Shown one piece after another: positions 37,468 to 47,800 of a DNA stretch of 64,000 nt. The notes below the pieces were generated by a model, which saw only the letters and a list, made by a program, of their open reading frames with translations, was not told where the DNA came from and ran no database searches. Source of the DNA: Actinomycetota bacterium. GTDB lineage: Bacteria > Actinomycetota > Actinomycetes > Streptosporangiales > Streptosporangiaceae. How positions within the stretch are numbered: position 1 is the first letter of the stretch; every line of letters begins with the position of its first letter. Location: assembly GCA_003168255.1 (NCBI GenBank), contig PMSU01000071.1, forward strand, positions 4,601 to 68,600, given 5' to 3'. The position numbers and the translations under genes were made by a program.

Positions 37468-39282
37468 TTAGCGCCGCGACCGCCCGCCCGGCCGGCGACA
37501 GTGATGGCCGGCGTGATCTTCCAGGTTAAGTGCCGTCTGGATCAGCGGCACGTGGCTGAAAGCCTGCGGCGTGTTTCCGACCAGGCGGCCGTAGCGCGGA
37601 TCGTACTCCTCGCTGAGCAGACCGAGGTCGTTGCGCAGCCCGAGCAGCCGCTCGAAGAGCTCGACCGCCTCGTCGTAGCGGCCGGTCAGATGCAGCGCGT
37701 TGGCCAGCCAGAAGCTACAGGCGAGGAAGGCCCCCTCGGTGCCGGGGAGGCCGTCGATCGCCGACTGGCCATCGGCGCTGAGCTGGTACCGGCGGACCAG
37801 CCCGTCGGTCATCAGCTCGCGGGAGATCGCGTCCACGGTGGAGATCAGCCTGGGGTCAGTTGGCGGCAGGAAGCCGAGCTCGGCCATCAGCAGCACGGAC
37901 GCGTCGAGCGTCTCGGACCCGTAGTACTGGGTGAACGCGCCGCGTTTGCTGTTGTAGCCCTTCTCCATTACCTCGTCGTGGATCTGGTCGCGCAGCTGCC
38001 GCCACCTGACCGCCGGCCCCGGCAGGCCGCCGGCCGCCGCCTCCGCGGCCCGGTCGAAGGCGACCCAGGCCATGACCTTGGAGTGAACGAAGTCCCGCCG
38101 CGGGCCGCGCACCTCCCAGAGCCCTTCATCCGGCTCGGCCCAGTGCTTTTCGAGAAAGTCGAGCAGCGCGCGCTGGAGCGACCAGGCGTGCCGGTCCGCG
38201 GGAATACCCGACCGGCCGGCCAGGCAGAGCGCGTCCACCACCTCGCCGTACACGTCGAGCTGGCGCTGCTGCACGGCGGCATTGCCGATCCGGACCGGGG
38301 CGGAGCGCTCGTAGCCTGGCAGCCATTCGACTTCCCACTCCGCCAGCCGCCGCTCGCCCGCTACCCCGTACATGATCTGCACGTCGGCGGGGTCGCCGGC
38401 TATCGCGCGGCCCAGCCACTGCCGCCACGCCGCGGCCTCGTCGGTGTATCCGGTCCTGAGCAGTGCCTCCAGGGTGATCGTGGCGTCCCGTAGCCAGCAG
38501 TACCGGTAGTCCCAGTTGCGGCTGCCGCCGATGTCCTCGGGCAGCGAGGTCGTCGCGGCGGCCACGATCCCGCCGGTCGGCTCATAGGTCAGTGCCTTCA
38601 GCGTGATCAGGGATCGGATGACCGCGTCGCGGTACTTGCCCTGGTAGGTGCATCTGGACACCCAGTCGGCCCAGTACCGCCTGGTCTCGTCGAGCGCTTC
38701 CTGGCCATCGCACTCGGCCGGCTTGCTGCGATGAGACTCGACCCAGGTCAGCGTGAACGGCACCCGTTCACCCGCGGTCACGGTGAACCTCGCGTGGTGT
38801 GCCATGTCGCGCCCGGTGAGTTCCACCGGAGTGTCGATCCACACCGAATCCGGGCCCGCGATGGCGTTGATGCTGTGGTTCATCCGCCGGACCCATGGCA
38901 CCACCTGCCCGTAGCCGAAGCGCAGCCGGAGCACGCAGTCCATCTCCACCGAGCCGTGCACGCCTTCGACGATCCGCACCAGGACGGGCGGCTCGCCGTC
39001 CCGGCGCGGCATGAAGTCGATCACCTTGGCGGTCCCGGTCTCGGTCTGCCACTGGGTCTGGAGGATCAGCGTGTCGCCCTGGTACGCGCGGCTCGCCTGG
39101 CTGCCCTCGGCAGTCGGGGCGATGCTCCAGTTGCCGTTCCGCTCGTCGCCGAGCAGCGCGGCAAAGCAGGCGGGGGAGTCGAACCTGGGCAGGCACAGCC
39201 AGTCGATCGAGCCGTTGGTGCAGACGAGCGCCGCCGACTGCATGTCGCCGATGATGGCGTAATCCTCGATACGTCCCGCCAC
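37468..39282 (-). CDS. glycoside hydrolase family 15 (glucoamylase/trehalase-like)
   Basis: GTG 39282 after GGAGGA (VAGRIEDYAIIGDMQSAALV). Motifs SRNWDYRYCWLRDA and EEYDP..G...GNTPQAFSH. The first 115 codons of the track ORF are read-through. Confidence 0.9.
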   Translation of the reverse strand: MAGRIEDYAIIGDMQSAALVCTNGSIDWLCLPRFDSPACFAALLGDERNGNWSIAPTAEGSQASRAYQGDTLILQTQWQTETGTAKVIDFMPRRDGEPPVLVRIVEGVHGSVEMDCVLRLRFGYGQVVPWVRRMNHSINAIAGPDSVWIDTPVELTGRDMAHHARFTVTAGERVPFTLTWVESHRSKPAECDGQEALDETRRYWADWVSRCTYQGKYRDAVIRSLITLKALTYEPTGGIVAAATTSLPEDIGGSRNWDYRYCWLRDATITLEALLRTGYTDEAAAWRQWLGRAIAGDPADVQIMYGVAGERRLAEWEVEWLPGYERSAPVRIGNAAVQQRQLDVYGEVVDALCLAGRSGIPADRHAWSLQRALLDFLEKHWAEPDEGLWEVRGPRRDFVHSKVMAWVAFDRAAEAAAGGLPGPAVRWRQLRDQIHDEVMEKGYNSKRGAFTQYYGSETLDASVLLMAELGFLPPTDPRLISTVDAISRELMTDGLVRRYQLSADGQSAIDGLPGTEGAFLACSFWLANALHLTGRYDEAVELFERLLGLRNDLGLLSEEYDPRYGRLVGNTPQAFSHVPLIQTALNLEDHAGHHCRRPGGRSRR

Positions 39283-39358
39283 GTGTCCTCCGGCCGTCGG
39301 CTCAGTCAGTGATTGCCCTGCGGGTACCGTACCGGCTAGGCGTGCCGGGGCCCTGCGT

Positions 39359-39766
39359 ATGCTGTCTGCCGTGTCAGCGAATCCTTCGCGCCAGTCGTCG
39401 CGCCGGCGGCGCGGCCGTGGCCGTGGCCGCGGGCTGATCGCGGTGGCGCTGACCGCCGCCGTGGCGATGGCCGCCTCTGGCTGCGCCGAGTTCGACAAGG
39501 CGCTGGGCCAGCAGGAAGAGGTCGTGATCTTCCAGCCGAACACGTCCCAGGCGGTGAAGCTGAAGGTGCGGGCCGCCTGCTCGCACGTGCCGCAGGCGGT
39601 GGTCGAGCCGCTGCCGACGGACCACAAGCTGTCGGACGAGGTCTACAACGTGCGCTTCGAGGTCGGCCATGCCAGTGTGGTGGACCTGGCGCGGCTACAG
39701 CAGTGCCTGACCAGGTTTCCCTCCGTGGTCGGTCTGGAGACCGACACTCCGGGCGGCGACGACTAG
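39359..39766 (+). CDS. small lipoprotein, function unknown
   Basis: Arg-rich n-region, hydrophobic core and lipobox MAASGC. 135 aa. Confidence 0.6.
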   Translation: MLSAVSANPSRQSSRRRRGRGRGRGLIAVALTAAVAMAASGCAEFDKALGQQEEVVIFQPNTSQAVKLKVRAACSHVPQAVVEPLPTDHKLSDEVYNVRFEVGHASVVDLARLQQCLTRFPSVVGLETDTPGGDD

Positions 39767-39806
39767 CGGCGGTCGGCTTCGGCCCATTGGCTCCGTGTAT
39801 TAACTC

Positions 39807-39828
39807 CTTGTAACCGATCGGTTACAAG
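39807..39828. promoter_or_regulatory. perfect 22-bp palindrome CTTGTAACCGATCGGTTACAAG
   Basis: No mismatches and no spacer. Lies in an AT-richer 508-bp intergenic region, 41 nt after the lipoprotein stop and 447 nt before the ABC SBP start. Confidence 0.45.
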
Positions 39829-39896
39829 TGGTTGCTATCGGTGCGTGGCGGATTCGCTGATTACTTTATTGTCAATCGAGATACCGGAGTTACGGC

Positions 39897-39956
39897 ATGA
39901 GCGGCAAGCATTTCACCGGCATGGTGAAATGGCGCCACATCTACTACCCGGCGTAA
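39897..39956 (+). CDS. candidate 19-codon sORF (MSGKHFTGMVKWRHIYYPA)
   Basis: ATG lies 7 nt after GGAG (39886-39889); TAA stop. Support is weak because codon usage is atypical for the genome. Confidence 0.2.
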   Translation: MSGKHFTGMVKWRHIYYPA

Positions 39957-40274
39957 GGCGCCGGACTGCCTGGTAGATCGCACGTCAGCCGACGCCGCGG
40001 ACTACCTCGAGGGCCACGATCCGCTGTAGTGCGAACAAGTTCTCCCAGGTCCCGCGCTCCCGTTCCGCGGGTAGCGCACTGCGTGCGCGCCAGCACCCCC
40101 AACAGAGCGCCGTTCCATAACGTCGTCAAGGGGCATAAGCTTCAGCCAGCGCGCGGTTGCGCGTAGGGGTTGCGGCGCGGCTAGACACGGGTGGCTAGGG
40201 GGCTGTCCATGGTGGTCATCGTGTAGTATTCTCATCACATTTCCCTATTAACTCGATCACAAAAGAGCGGATAA

Positions 40275-41288
40275 ATGCGAAGAATTCTTACCGCTGCGGT
40301 CGTCGCGACAGTCGCGCTGTCGGCCGGATGCAGCTCGTCATCCGGTACATCTGGCTCCGGGGGGGGCCAGGTAACCCTGCGACTTGGCTTCCTCGCCAAC
40401 ATCACGCACGCACCGGCCCTGATCGGGGTCGAGCAGGGCATCTTCCAGAAGGCCCTGGGCAAGAATGTCACCCTCAAGGTGTCGATCTACAGCACCGGCA
40501 CCGAGGAGGCGACCGCCCTGCTTGCCAACCAGCTCGACGCGGCGTACGTCGGGCCAAACCCCGCCATTAACACCTGGCAGAAGTCCAGCGGCAAGGCCAT
40601 CAGGATCATCTCGGGGGTGGCCACGGGCGGTGCCTCGGTAGTTGTGAAAAAGGGCATCACGAGCGCCGCGCAGCTTAAGGGGAAGTCCATGGCCACGCCG
40701 TCGCTGGGCAACACCCAGGACGTGGCGCTGCGCTACTGGCTCAAGCAGCAGGGACTGACCACCACGTCGACCGGCGGCGGTGACGTTTCGATCAAGCCCG
40801 TCACGCCCAACTCGGCCTCGGTGCTCGAATTCAAGTCCGGGCAGATAGACGGTGGCTCCGAGCCGTCCCCGTACAACGTCGAGATGCTCCAGGACGGCGG
40901 GACGACGCTGCTCACCGAGCCTGGCGTCACGACGAACCTGGTGGCGACGCAGGCCTTCATCGCGGCACATCCCACCGTCATCAGCGGGCTGCTCGAGGGC
41001 CAGATCAAGGCGGACGCATACATCGCGCAGAATCCGACGGGCGCTGAGACGGCAGCCAATGCCGAGCTCACCAAGCTGGAGGGTAAGGGCATCAAGTCCA
41101 GCGTCCTGCCAGCGGCATTCAAGGAGATCACCTTTACCGACAACCCCGATGCGGCGTCGCTTGCGACGGACGCGAAGGAGGCGATAGCCGTGGGTTTGCT
41201 CAGCCCGGTCAACCTGAACGGAATCTACGATCTCGGCCCGCTCAACCAGCTGCTGAAGGCAGCAGGGGAGCCACAGGTCAGCTCATGA
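40275..41288 (+). CDS. ABC transporter substrate-binding lipoprotein, NitT/TauT (SsuA/TauA/NMT1-like) family
   Basis: Lipobox LSAGC. LRLGFLANITHAPALIG..LDAAYVGPNP..LKGKSMATPSLGNTQD is typical of sulfonate/taurine/nitrate-family SBPs. Confidence 0.85.
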   Translation: MRRILTAAVVATVALSAGCSSSSGTSGSGGGQVTLRLGFLANITHAPALIGVEQGIFQKALGKNVTLKVSIYSTGTEEATALLANQLDAAYVGPNPAINTWQKSSGKAIRIISGVATGGASVVVKKGITSAAQLKGKSMATPSLGNTQDVALRYWLKQQGLTTTSTGGGDVSIKPVTPNSASVLEFKSGQIDGGSEPSPYNVEMLQDGGTTLLTEPGVTTNLVATQAFIAAHPTVISGLLEGQIKADAYIAQNPTGAETAANAELTKLEGKGIKSSVLPAAFKEITFTDNPDAASLATDAKEAIAVGLLSPVNLNGIYDLGPLNQLLKAAGEPQVSS

Positions 41289-42127
41289 GCATCACGCAGC
41301 GAGACATAGCCCCCTCGGAGACGTCCGGGGACTCCACGTTGCGTGACGCTTCCCGGTCTCCCGCGCAGGTGCGGGAGACCGGGGCTGCGGCCGTCCAGCT
41401 CACCGAGGTCTCGAAGGCCTACGGCAAGGGCCGGTCGTCGCTGCTCGCGCTTGACAAGGTGTCGCTGACCGTCGCGAAAGGGCAGTTCGTCTGCCTGATC
41501 GGCGCCTCCGGCTGCGGCAAGAGCACGATGCTCTCGCTGGTGGCCGGTCTTGACACACCCACCTCCGGTCTGGTTTCCACCGGCGGCAAGCGGGTCACGC
41601 TCATGTTCCAGGAGCCGGCCCTCTTCCCCTGGCTGACCGCGGCGAGAAACGTCGAGCTGGCGCTGCGAGCGCGCGGCGTAGCGAAGCAGGAGCGGCGCAT
41701 CCGCGCCGCTGAGCTGCTAGAAGCCGTTCATCTGCACGGCTTTGGTGACAAACGGCCGCACGAGCTGTCCGGCGGCATGCGCCAGCGGGTCGCGATGGCG
41801 CGCGCGCTGGCTCAGGATGCCGACGTGCTGCTGATGGACGAGCCGTTCGGCGCGCTGGACGCGATGACGCGTGACCTGCTGCACGAGGAGCTTGAGCGGA
41901 TCTGCCGGGAACGCGCGCTGACCGTGCTCTTCGTTACCCACAACGTCCGGGAGGCAGCGCGGCTCGGCGACCGGGTGGTCGTGCTGAGCAGCCGGCCGGG
42001 CCGGGTGATCGAGGAGATCGCTATCGACATCGAGCGGCCCAGGCGGATCGACTCGGCCGAGATCGCCGAGGTCGGCGCCCACCTGACCGACCTGCTGCGC
42101 AAGGAGATGGCGTCACATGGCCGCTGA
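41285..42127 (+). CDS. ABC transporter ATP-binding protein (NitT/TauT family)
   Basis: Overlaps the SBP stop (ATGA). GASGCGKST, LSGGMRQRVAMARAL, LLMDEPFGALD. Confidence 0.9.
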   Translation: MSITQRDIAPSETSGDSTLRDASRSPAQVRETGAAAVQLTEVSKAYGKGRSSLLALDKVSLTVAKGQFVCLIGASGCGKSTMLSLVAGLDTPTSGLVSTGGKRVTLMFQEPALFPWLTAARNVELALRARGVAKQERRIRAAELLEAVHLHGFGDKRPHELSGGMRQRVAMARALAQDADVLLMDEPFGALDAMTRDLLHEELERICRERALTVLFVTHNVREAARLGDRVVVLSSRPGRVIEEIAIDIERPRRIDSAEIAEVGAHLTDLLRKEMASHGR

Positions 42128-42995
42128 CACCACTGACACCGCGCTGGCCGGTCTTGACAACCTCGAGCTCGGTCCCAAGCCCGGGCGAGACTACTGGCGG
42201 GGAACCGGCGGCAAGGCGCTGGGATCGATCTGGCCCAAGCTGCTGGCGATCGTGATCGTGCTGGCCCTCTGGCAGCTGGTATATCTCAGCGGCTATAAGT
42301 CGCCGATCATTTTCCCCTCGCCTTTCACCACCCTGCCCAACCTGTGGAGTCAGCTGCAGCATGGCCTGCTCTGGCAGGCCATCGAGACCACGCTGCGCCG
42401 GGCGGCCATCGGCTTCGGGCTTGCCCTGGTCATCGGCTCACTGGTTGGCGCACTCGTATCCAGGATAAAACCGCTGCGCGCCGCGGTCGGCTCCATGATC
42501 ACCGGCTTGCAGACTATGCCGTCAATCGCCTGGTTCCCCTTCGCGATCATCTTCTTCGGCGAGACGACCCAGGCCATTCTCTTCGTTATCGTGCTCGGCG
42601 CGGCTCCGTCGATCGCGAACGGCCTGATCGCCGGAGTGGACTACACCCCGCCGCTGCTGCTGCGCGCGGGCAAGACCATGGGCCTGCATGGCTTTGCGCT
42701 GTACCGGCACCTGATCCTGCCGGCCTCACTGCCGACGTTCGTAGCCGGGCTCAAGCAGGGCTGGGCGTTCGCCTGGCGCAGCCTGATGGCCGGCGAGTTG
42801 CTGGTGCTCATCGCGGGTCAGGCGTCGATCGGAGTGCTGCTCTCCAACGATCAGGACCAGCTGGACATGGCGAGCGCGATATCGATCATGATCGTGATCC
42901 TGATAATCGGCATCTGCGTCGACGCTCTGTTCGGCCAGGCAGACCGGACGATCCGGCGGCGACGCGGGCTGGCGGACGCCACCGTGGGCACCTGA
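42117..42995 (+). CDS. ABC transporter permease (NitT/TauT family)
   Basis: Six helices and an EAA-like loop (..PPLLLRAGKTMGLHGFALYRHLILPASLP..). Confidence 0.9.
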   Translation: MAADTTDTALAGLDNLELGPKPGRDYWRGTGGKALGSIWPKLLAIVIVLALWQLVYLSGYKSPIIFPSPFTTLPNLWSQLQHGLLWQAIETTLRRAAIGFGLALVIGSLVGALVSRIKPLRAAVGSMITGLQTMPSIAWFPFAIIFFGETTQAILFVIVLGAAPSIANGLIAGVDYTPPLLLRAGKTMGLHGFALYRHLILPASLPTFVAGLKQGWAFAWRSLMAGELLVLIAGQASIGVLLSNDQDQLDMASAISIMIVILIIGICVDALFGQADRTIRRRRGLADATVGT

Positions 42996-43011
42996 CAGGG
43001 TGCTCACCCCG

Positions 43012-43806
43012 TCAGGGCAGTCGGCGGGCAACACGTAGCTCGAACAGGTAGCGCTTGGTGATCCTGCCCCCGTAGCGGGACTCGATCAGGCCGGCCAGGC
43101 AGCTGAGCAGGCCATCACGTGCGGTTGGCGCCATGGACGCGATGTTCGAGTACGTCCGCAGCGTGTCGACGAAGGCGTCGGCCGTGTACTCCAGGTCCAG
43201 CTCAAACCGGCGGAACACGGGCCGGGCCAGCCGCCCGGACTCGTCCAGGTCGCGGCTGTCCCGGGGTATCTCCTCGGCGGTGGGTAGCTGGAAACCCGGC
43301 TGGCTGCTGGCGTCCCAGCGCTCGTAGCAGGCTTGCGAGTCGGCGGCGAACGCCAGGCTGCCGCCGGCCACGTGATGGGTGGCCACCGTGGCCACTGATC
43401 CGCCCGGCCGCAGCGCGTCCGCCACTTTGGTCACCCAGGCCGCCGGGTCGAACCAGTGCAGTGCCGTCGCGCACACCGCCGTGTCGAACGGCTCGGCAGG
43501 AAGCGGCCAGTCCTCAAAGGCGGAATTGACGACATTCGCGCCCGGGAAGGACGCCAGGTTGCGGCGCGCCACGGCGGCGAGCGCGGGACCGAGTTCGACG
43601 GCGGTGACAGTACAGCCCATCGCGGCGAGGGGCACGGTGAGCTGTCCCGTGCCGGGGGCGATCTCGAGCACGCGGCTGCCGGGGCCGATCCCGGCCAGGT
43701 CGGCGAGATCCGCGACGAGTTCCGCCGGATAGTGCGGGCGTGCCCGGTCGTACCGCTCGGCGTCTTCGTCGAAGGTGCGGCGCAGTTGCTCCCGGCCGGC
43801 GGTCAC
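43012..43806 (-). CDS. class I SAM-dependent methyltransferase
   Basis: Motif I VLEIAPGTGQ and motif post-I AVEL. The GTG start overlaps the fdhD stop (GTGA). Confidence 0.85.
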   Translation of the reverse strand: MTAGREQLRRTFDEDAERYDRARPHYPAELVADLADLAGIGPGSRVLEIAPGTGQLTVPLAAMGCTVTAVELGPALAAVARRNLASFPGANVVNSAFEDWPLPAEPFDTAVCATALHWFDPAAWVTKVADALRPGGSVATVATHHVAGGSLAFAADSQACYERWDASSQPGFQLPTAEEIPRDSRDLDESGRLARPVFRRFELDLEYTADAFVDTLRTYSNIASMAPTARDGLLSCLAGLIESRYGGRITKRYLFELRVARRLP

Positions 43807-44771
43807 GACGCGGAAATCCGGCTGGCGCCGGTGTACACATTCATCGAGCCGCCACGCAGGAAGCCGACGAGCGTCAGGCCGGCCTCGTCGGCAAGCTCGG
43901 CGGCGAGCGAGGACGGCGCGGACACCGCCGCGAGCATAGGCAGCCCGGCGACAAGGGCCTTCTGCACGAGCTCGAAGGATGCCCGCCCGCTCACCAGCAG
44001 GATGCAGCCGGCCAGCGGCAGCCTGCCCTCGCGCAGCGCCCAGCCAACTACCTTGTCGACCGCGTTGTGCCGCCCCACGTCCTCGCGCAGGGCGAGCAGC
44101 GTGCCGTCTATAGTGAACGCCCCGGCGGCGTGCAGCCCGCCGGTGCGGGCGAACACCCGCTGCGCATCACGCAGCTTGCCGGGCAACTCGGCGAGTACGC
44201 CGGGTGAGACGTTCGCGTGATCGGCGGCCACGTCATAGCTGGCCCGCACCCTGATCGCGTCGATGCTGGCCTTCCCGCACACGCCGCACGCGCTGGTGGT
44301 CAGGAAGTTCCGCCGCAGCCTGTCGTCATCGATCTCGATACCGGCGGCCAGGGTCACGTCCGCGACGTTGCCGTGGTCGCTGTCCTCGGCATTGGCCATC
44401 GGATCGTGCTGTGCCGTCCCGTTCTGGCTGGTCACGGGGTGGTGGTCATGGCTCTCCTGGCAGATCCGGATCTCCGTGATATCGGACGCCGCCCGCACCA
44501 GGCCCTCGGTGGCCAGGAAACCCGCGGCCAGGTCGATGTCGTCGCCCGGCGTACGCATGGTGACCGCCAGCGGCCGGCCGTTGACCCGGATCGCCAGCGG
44601 CTCCTCGGTGGCCAGCAGGTCGGCCCGGTGCGAGAGCACGGCCGACCCCGGGCCGGAGCTGACGCGGCCGACGGGATCGCCGGCGCTGCCCGGGCCGCCA
44701 GAGCTAACAGCGCCGACGGGAGCGGGCACGGCGATGCGCAGGATCCGCCGCCTGGCCGTCCTGCCCGTCAT
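43803..44771 (-). CDS. fdhD: formate dehydrogenase accessory sulfurtransferase FdhD
   Basis: ATG 44771 (MTGRTARRR). TSACGVCGK and GRHNAVDK motifs. Contains a His/Asp-rich insert (SHDHHPVTSQNGTAQHDPMANAEDSDHG). Confidence 0.9.
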   Translation of the reverse strand: MTGRTARRRILRIAVPAPVGAVSSGGPGSAGDPVGRVSSGPGSAVLSHRADLLATEEPLAIRVNGRPLAVTMRTPGDDIDLAAGFLATEGLVRAASDITEIRICQESHDHHPVTSQNGTAQHDPMANAEDSDHGNVADVTLAAGIEIDDDRLRRNFLTTSACGVCGKASIDAIRVRASYDVAADHANVSPGVLAELPGKLRDAQRVFARTGGLHAAGAFTIDGTLLALREDVGRHNAVDKVVGWALREGRLPLAGCILLVSGRASFELVQKALVAGLPMLAAVSAPSSLAAELADEAGLTLVGFLRGGSMNVYTGASRISAS

Positions 44772-44839
44772 GACCGTCCCTTCGCAGCGCCCCGCCCCTC
44801 GAAGGCTACGCCGCACCAGCCTCGTGATTTGATGGGGAC

Positions 44840-47800
44840 GTGCGCAGCTGGATCACCTCGTGGCCGGTCTACCGGCAGCTGACGGGCGGGGATCCGCTAG
44901 GACGCGGCGCTGCGGTCCGGTCACCGCACACCGATGATGCCGCCCCCCGCACCGAGCAAGCCGACCGCGTCGTCGGCTCCGTCTGCCCGTACTGCGCGGT
45001 CGGCTGCGGCCAGCGCGTCTATGTCTCGCAGGTGAACGGCACCGATACGGTCACCCAGATCGAGGGCGACCCCGACTCGCCGGTCTCCCGCGGCAGGCTC
45101 TGTCCCAAGGGCGCGGCCAGCAGACAGCTCGTTACTCACGCCGGGCGCCAGACGAAGGTCCTTTACCGTCGGCCGAACGGCTCCGAGTGGGAGTCGCTCG
45201 GATTGGATCAGGCCATGGACATGATCGCCGATCGGGTGATCAAGGTCAGGCAGGAGACCTGGCAGGAGTCGGACCAGGGCAAGCAGGTCCGCCGGACGCT
45301 CGGCATCGCGAGCCTGGGCGGCGCCACCCTGGACAACGAAGAGAACTACCTCATCAAGAAGCTGTGGACGGCACTCGGCGCGATCCAGATCGAGAACCAG
45401 GCGCGGATTTGACACTCCGCCACCGTCCCCGGTCTGGGGACCAGTTTCGGCCGCGGCGGCGCTACCACCTTCCCCCGCGACCTGGTGAACGCTGACTGCA
45501 TCGTGATCGCCGGGTCCAACATGGCCGAATGTCACCCGGTCGCCTTCCAGTGGGTGACCGAGGCAAAGCGGCGCGGTGCCACGGTGATTCACGTCGACCC
45601 CAGGTTCACCAGGACCAGCGCGCTGGCCAGCAAGTACGTCCCGGTCCGGGCGGGCAGCGACATCGTGTTCCTCGGCGCGCTGGTCAACCACGTGCTGTCC
45701 GGCGGCCACGAATTCCGCGACTACGTCACCGCGTACACCAACGCCGCCGACATGCTGCCGGATGAGTTCACCGACACCGAGGACGGCGGCGGGGTGTTCT
45801 CCGGCTACGACCCGCACACGCGAACCTACGACAACAGCAGCTGGCAGCCGACCGGCGAGCGTGACCTGACACTTACCCACCCGCGCTGCGTCTTCCAGGT
45901 GCTGAAGCGGCACTTCGCCAGGTACACGCCGGACCTCGTCGAGCGGGCCTGCGGGATCGAGCCGCGGGACTTTGCCGCGATCGCCGATGCGGTTGTCGCC
46001 AACAGCGGCCGTGAGCGCACCACCGCCTGGGTCTACGCGGTCGGCTGGACGCAGCACACCACCGGCGTGCAGCACATCCGCACTGCCGCCATCCTCCAGC
46101 TGCTGCTAGGCAACATGGGCAGGCCGGGCGGCGGCATCCTGGCGCTGCGCGGGCACGCGAGCATTCAGGGCTCCACCGACATCCCCACCCTGTTCCACTT
46201 GCTGCCCGGCTACCTGCCGATGCCGGCCGCCGACGACGCGGACCTGAACGGCTACCTGACCAGGCTCCCCGACACCGGGTTCTGGGGAAACAAGCGGGCC
46301 TACATGGTGAGCCTGCTGAAGGCGTGGTTTGGCGACGCTGCCACGACCGGCAACGACTTCTGCTTTGACCGGCTGCCCAGGATCACCGGCGAGCACGGTA
46401 CCTACCGCACCGTTCTCGACATGATCGACGGGAAGGTCAAGGGCTACTTCCTGATGGGCCAGAATCCCGCGGTCGGCTCGGCCGGCGCCAGGCTTCAGCG
46501 GCTCGCCATGGCCAACCTTGACTGGCTGGTAGTGCGGGACCTCACACTGATCGAGAGCGCGACGTTCTGGCGGGACGGACCGGAGATAGCAACCGGAGAG
46601 CTGGCGACCGAGCAGATAGCCACGGAGGTCTTTTTCCTGCCGGCCGCGTCGCACGTGGAGAAGGACGGTACGTTCACCAACACGCAGCGGATGCTCCAGT
46701 GGCACCACAAGGCGCTCGACCCGCCAGGAGATGCGCGGAGCGAGCTGTGGTTCATGTACCACTTGGGGAAGAAGATACGCGCCAGGCTGGCGGGATCGGG
46801 GATCACGGAGGATGCCGTGCTCGATCTCACCTGGGACTACCCGGAGGTCGGCGAGCACGCCGACCCGGACGCGTCGGCCGTGCTCCGCGAGATCAACGGG
46901 ACCGGCCCAGACGGCCGTGCGCTTGACGGCTTCGCCCAGCTCGCCGCGGACGGGTCCACCGCGTGCGGCTGCTGGATCTATTCGGGCTGCTACGGCGGGG
47001 GAGAGAACCAGACGGCACGGCGAGTCCCGTGGCAGCAGCAGTCCTGGGTGGCTCCGCAGTGGGGCTGGGCGTGGCCGGCGAACCGGCGGATCCTGTACAA
47101 CCGCGCATCCGCCGACCCGGCGGGCAAGCCGTGGAGCGAGAAGAAGGCGTACGTGTGGTGGGATGCCGAGGCCGGCTCCTGGACCGGCCACGACGTGCCC
47201 GACTTCGAGCGCTCCAAGCCGCCGGGCTTCTCGCCAGAGCCGGGCGCGTCGGGCCCGATGGCGCTAGGCGGGAGCGATCCGTTCATCATGATGCACGACG
47301 GCAAGGGCGCGCTGTTCGTCCCCTCCGGGCTGGTTGACGGTCCGCTGCCCGCGCACTATGAACCTGCCGAGTCGCCGGTCGGCAACGCGGTTTACAAGCA
47401 GGGCGCCAGCCCGGTCAGCGAGCTCTACCCAGAGCACAAGATGACCCGCGACCAGCTCGCCCCCGGCCCGAGCGAGCCCGCAGGCCTGGTGTACCCGTAC
47501 GTGCTCACCACCTACCGGCTCACCGAGCACCACACGGCAGGGGGCATGAGCCGGACCCTGTCGAGGCTGGCCGAGCTACAGCCGGAGATGTTCTGCGAGG
47601 TGTCCCCGGCGCTTGCCGCCGCTCGTGGCCTGGAGAACGGCGGCTGGGCCACGATCGTGTCCGCGCGCGCCGCGATCGAGGCCCGGGTCCTTGTCACCCG
47701 CAGGATCCGGCCGTTGCGGTTGCCTGGCGAGGGCGTGATCCACCAGGTGGGCCTGCCCTATCACTGGGGCGGCAATGGCCTGGTGACCGGCGATTCCGCC

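Noticed and set aside
39957-40274. TPP, SAM or cobalamin riboswitch in the ABC importer leader
   Set aside because: No CTGAGA/ACCTGA TPP core, no B12 box and no recognisable SAM junction is visible on either strand. It is kept as an unexplained structured leader instead.
44840-45412. Treating 44840..45412 and 45485..47986 as two separate genes or as a disrupted pseudogene
   Set aside because: They share a frame, and the single TGA sits exactly at the FDH Sec position with a hairpin 3' of it. selA, selB and tRNA(Sec) are in the same window.
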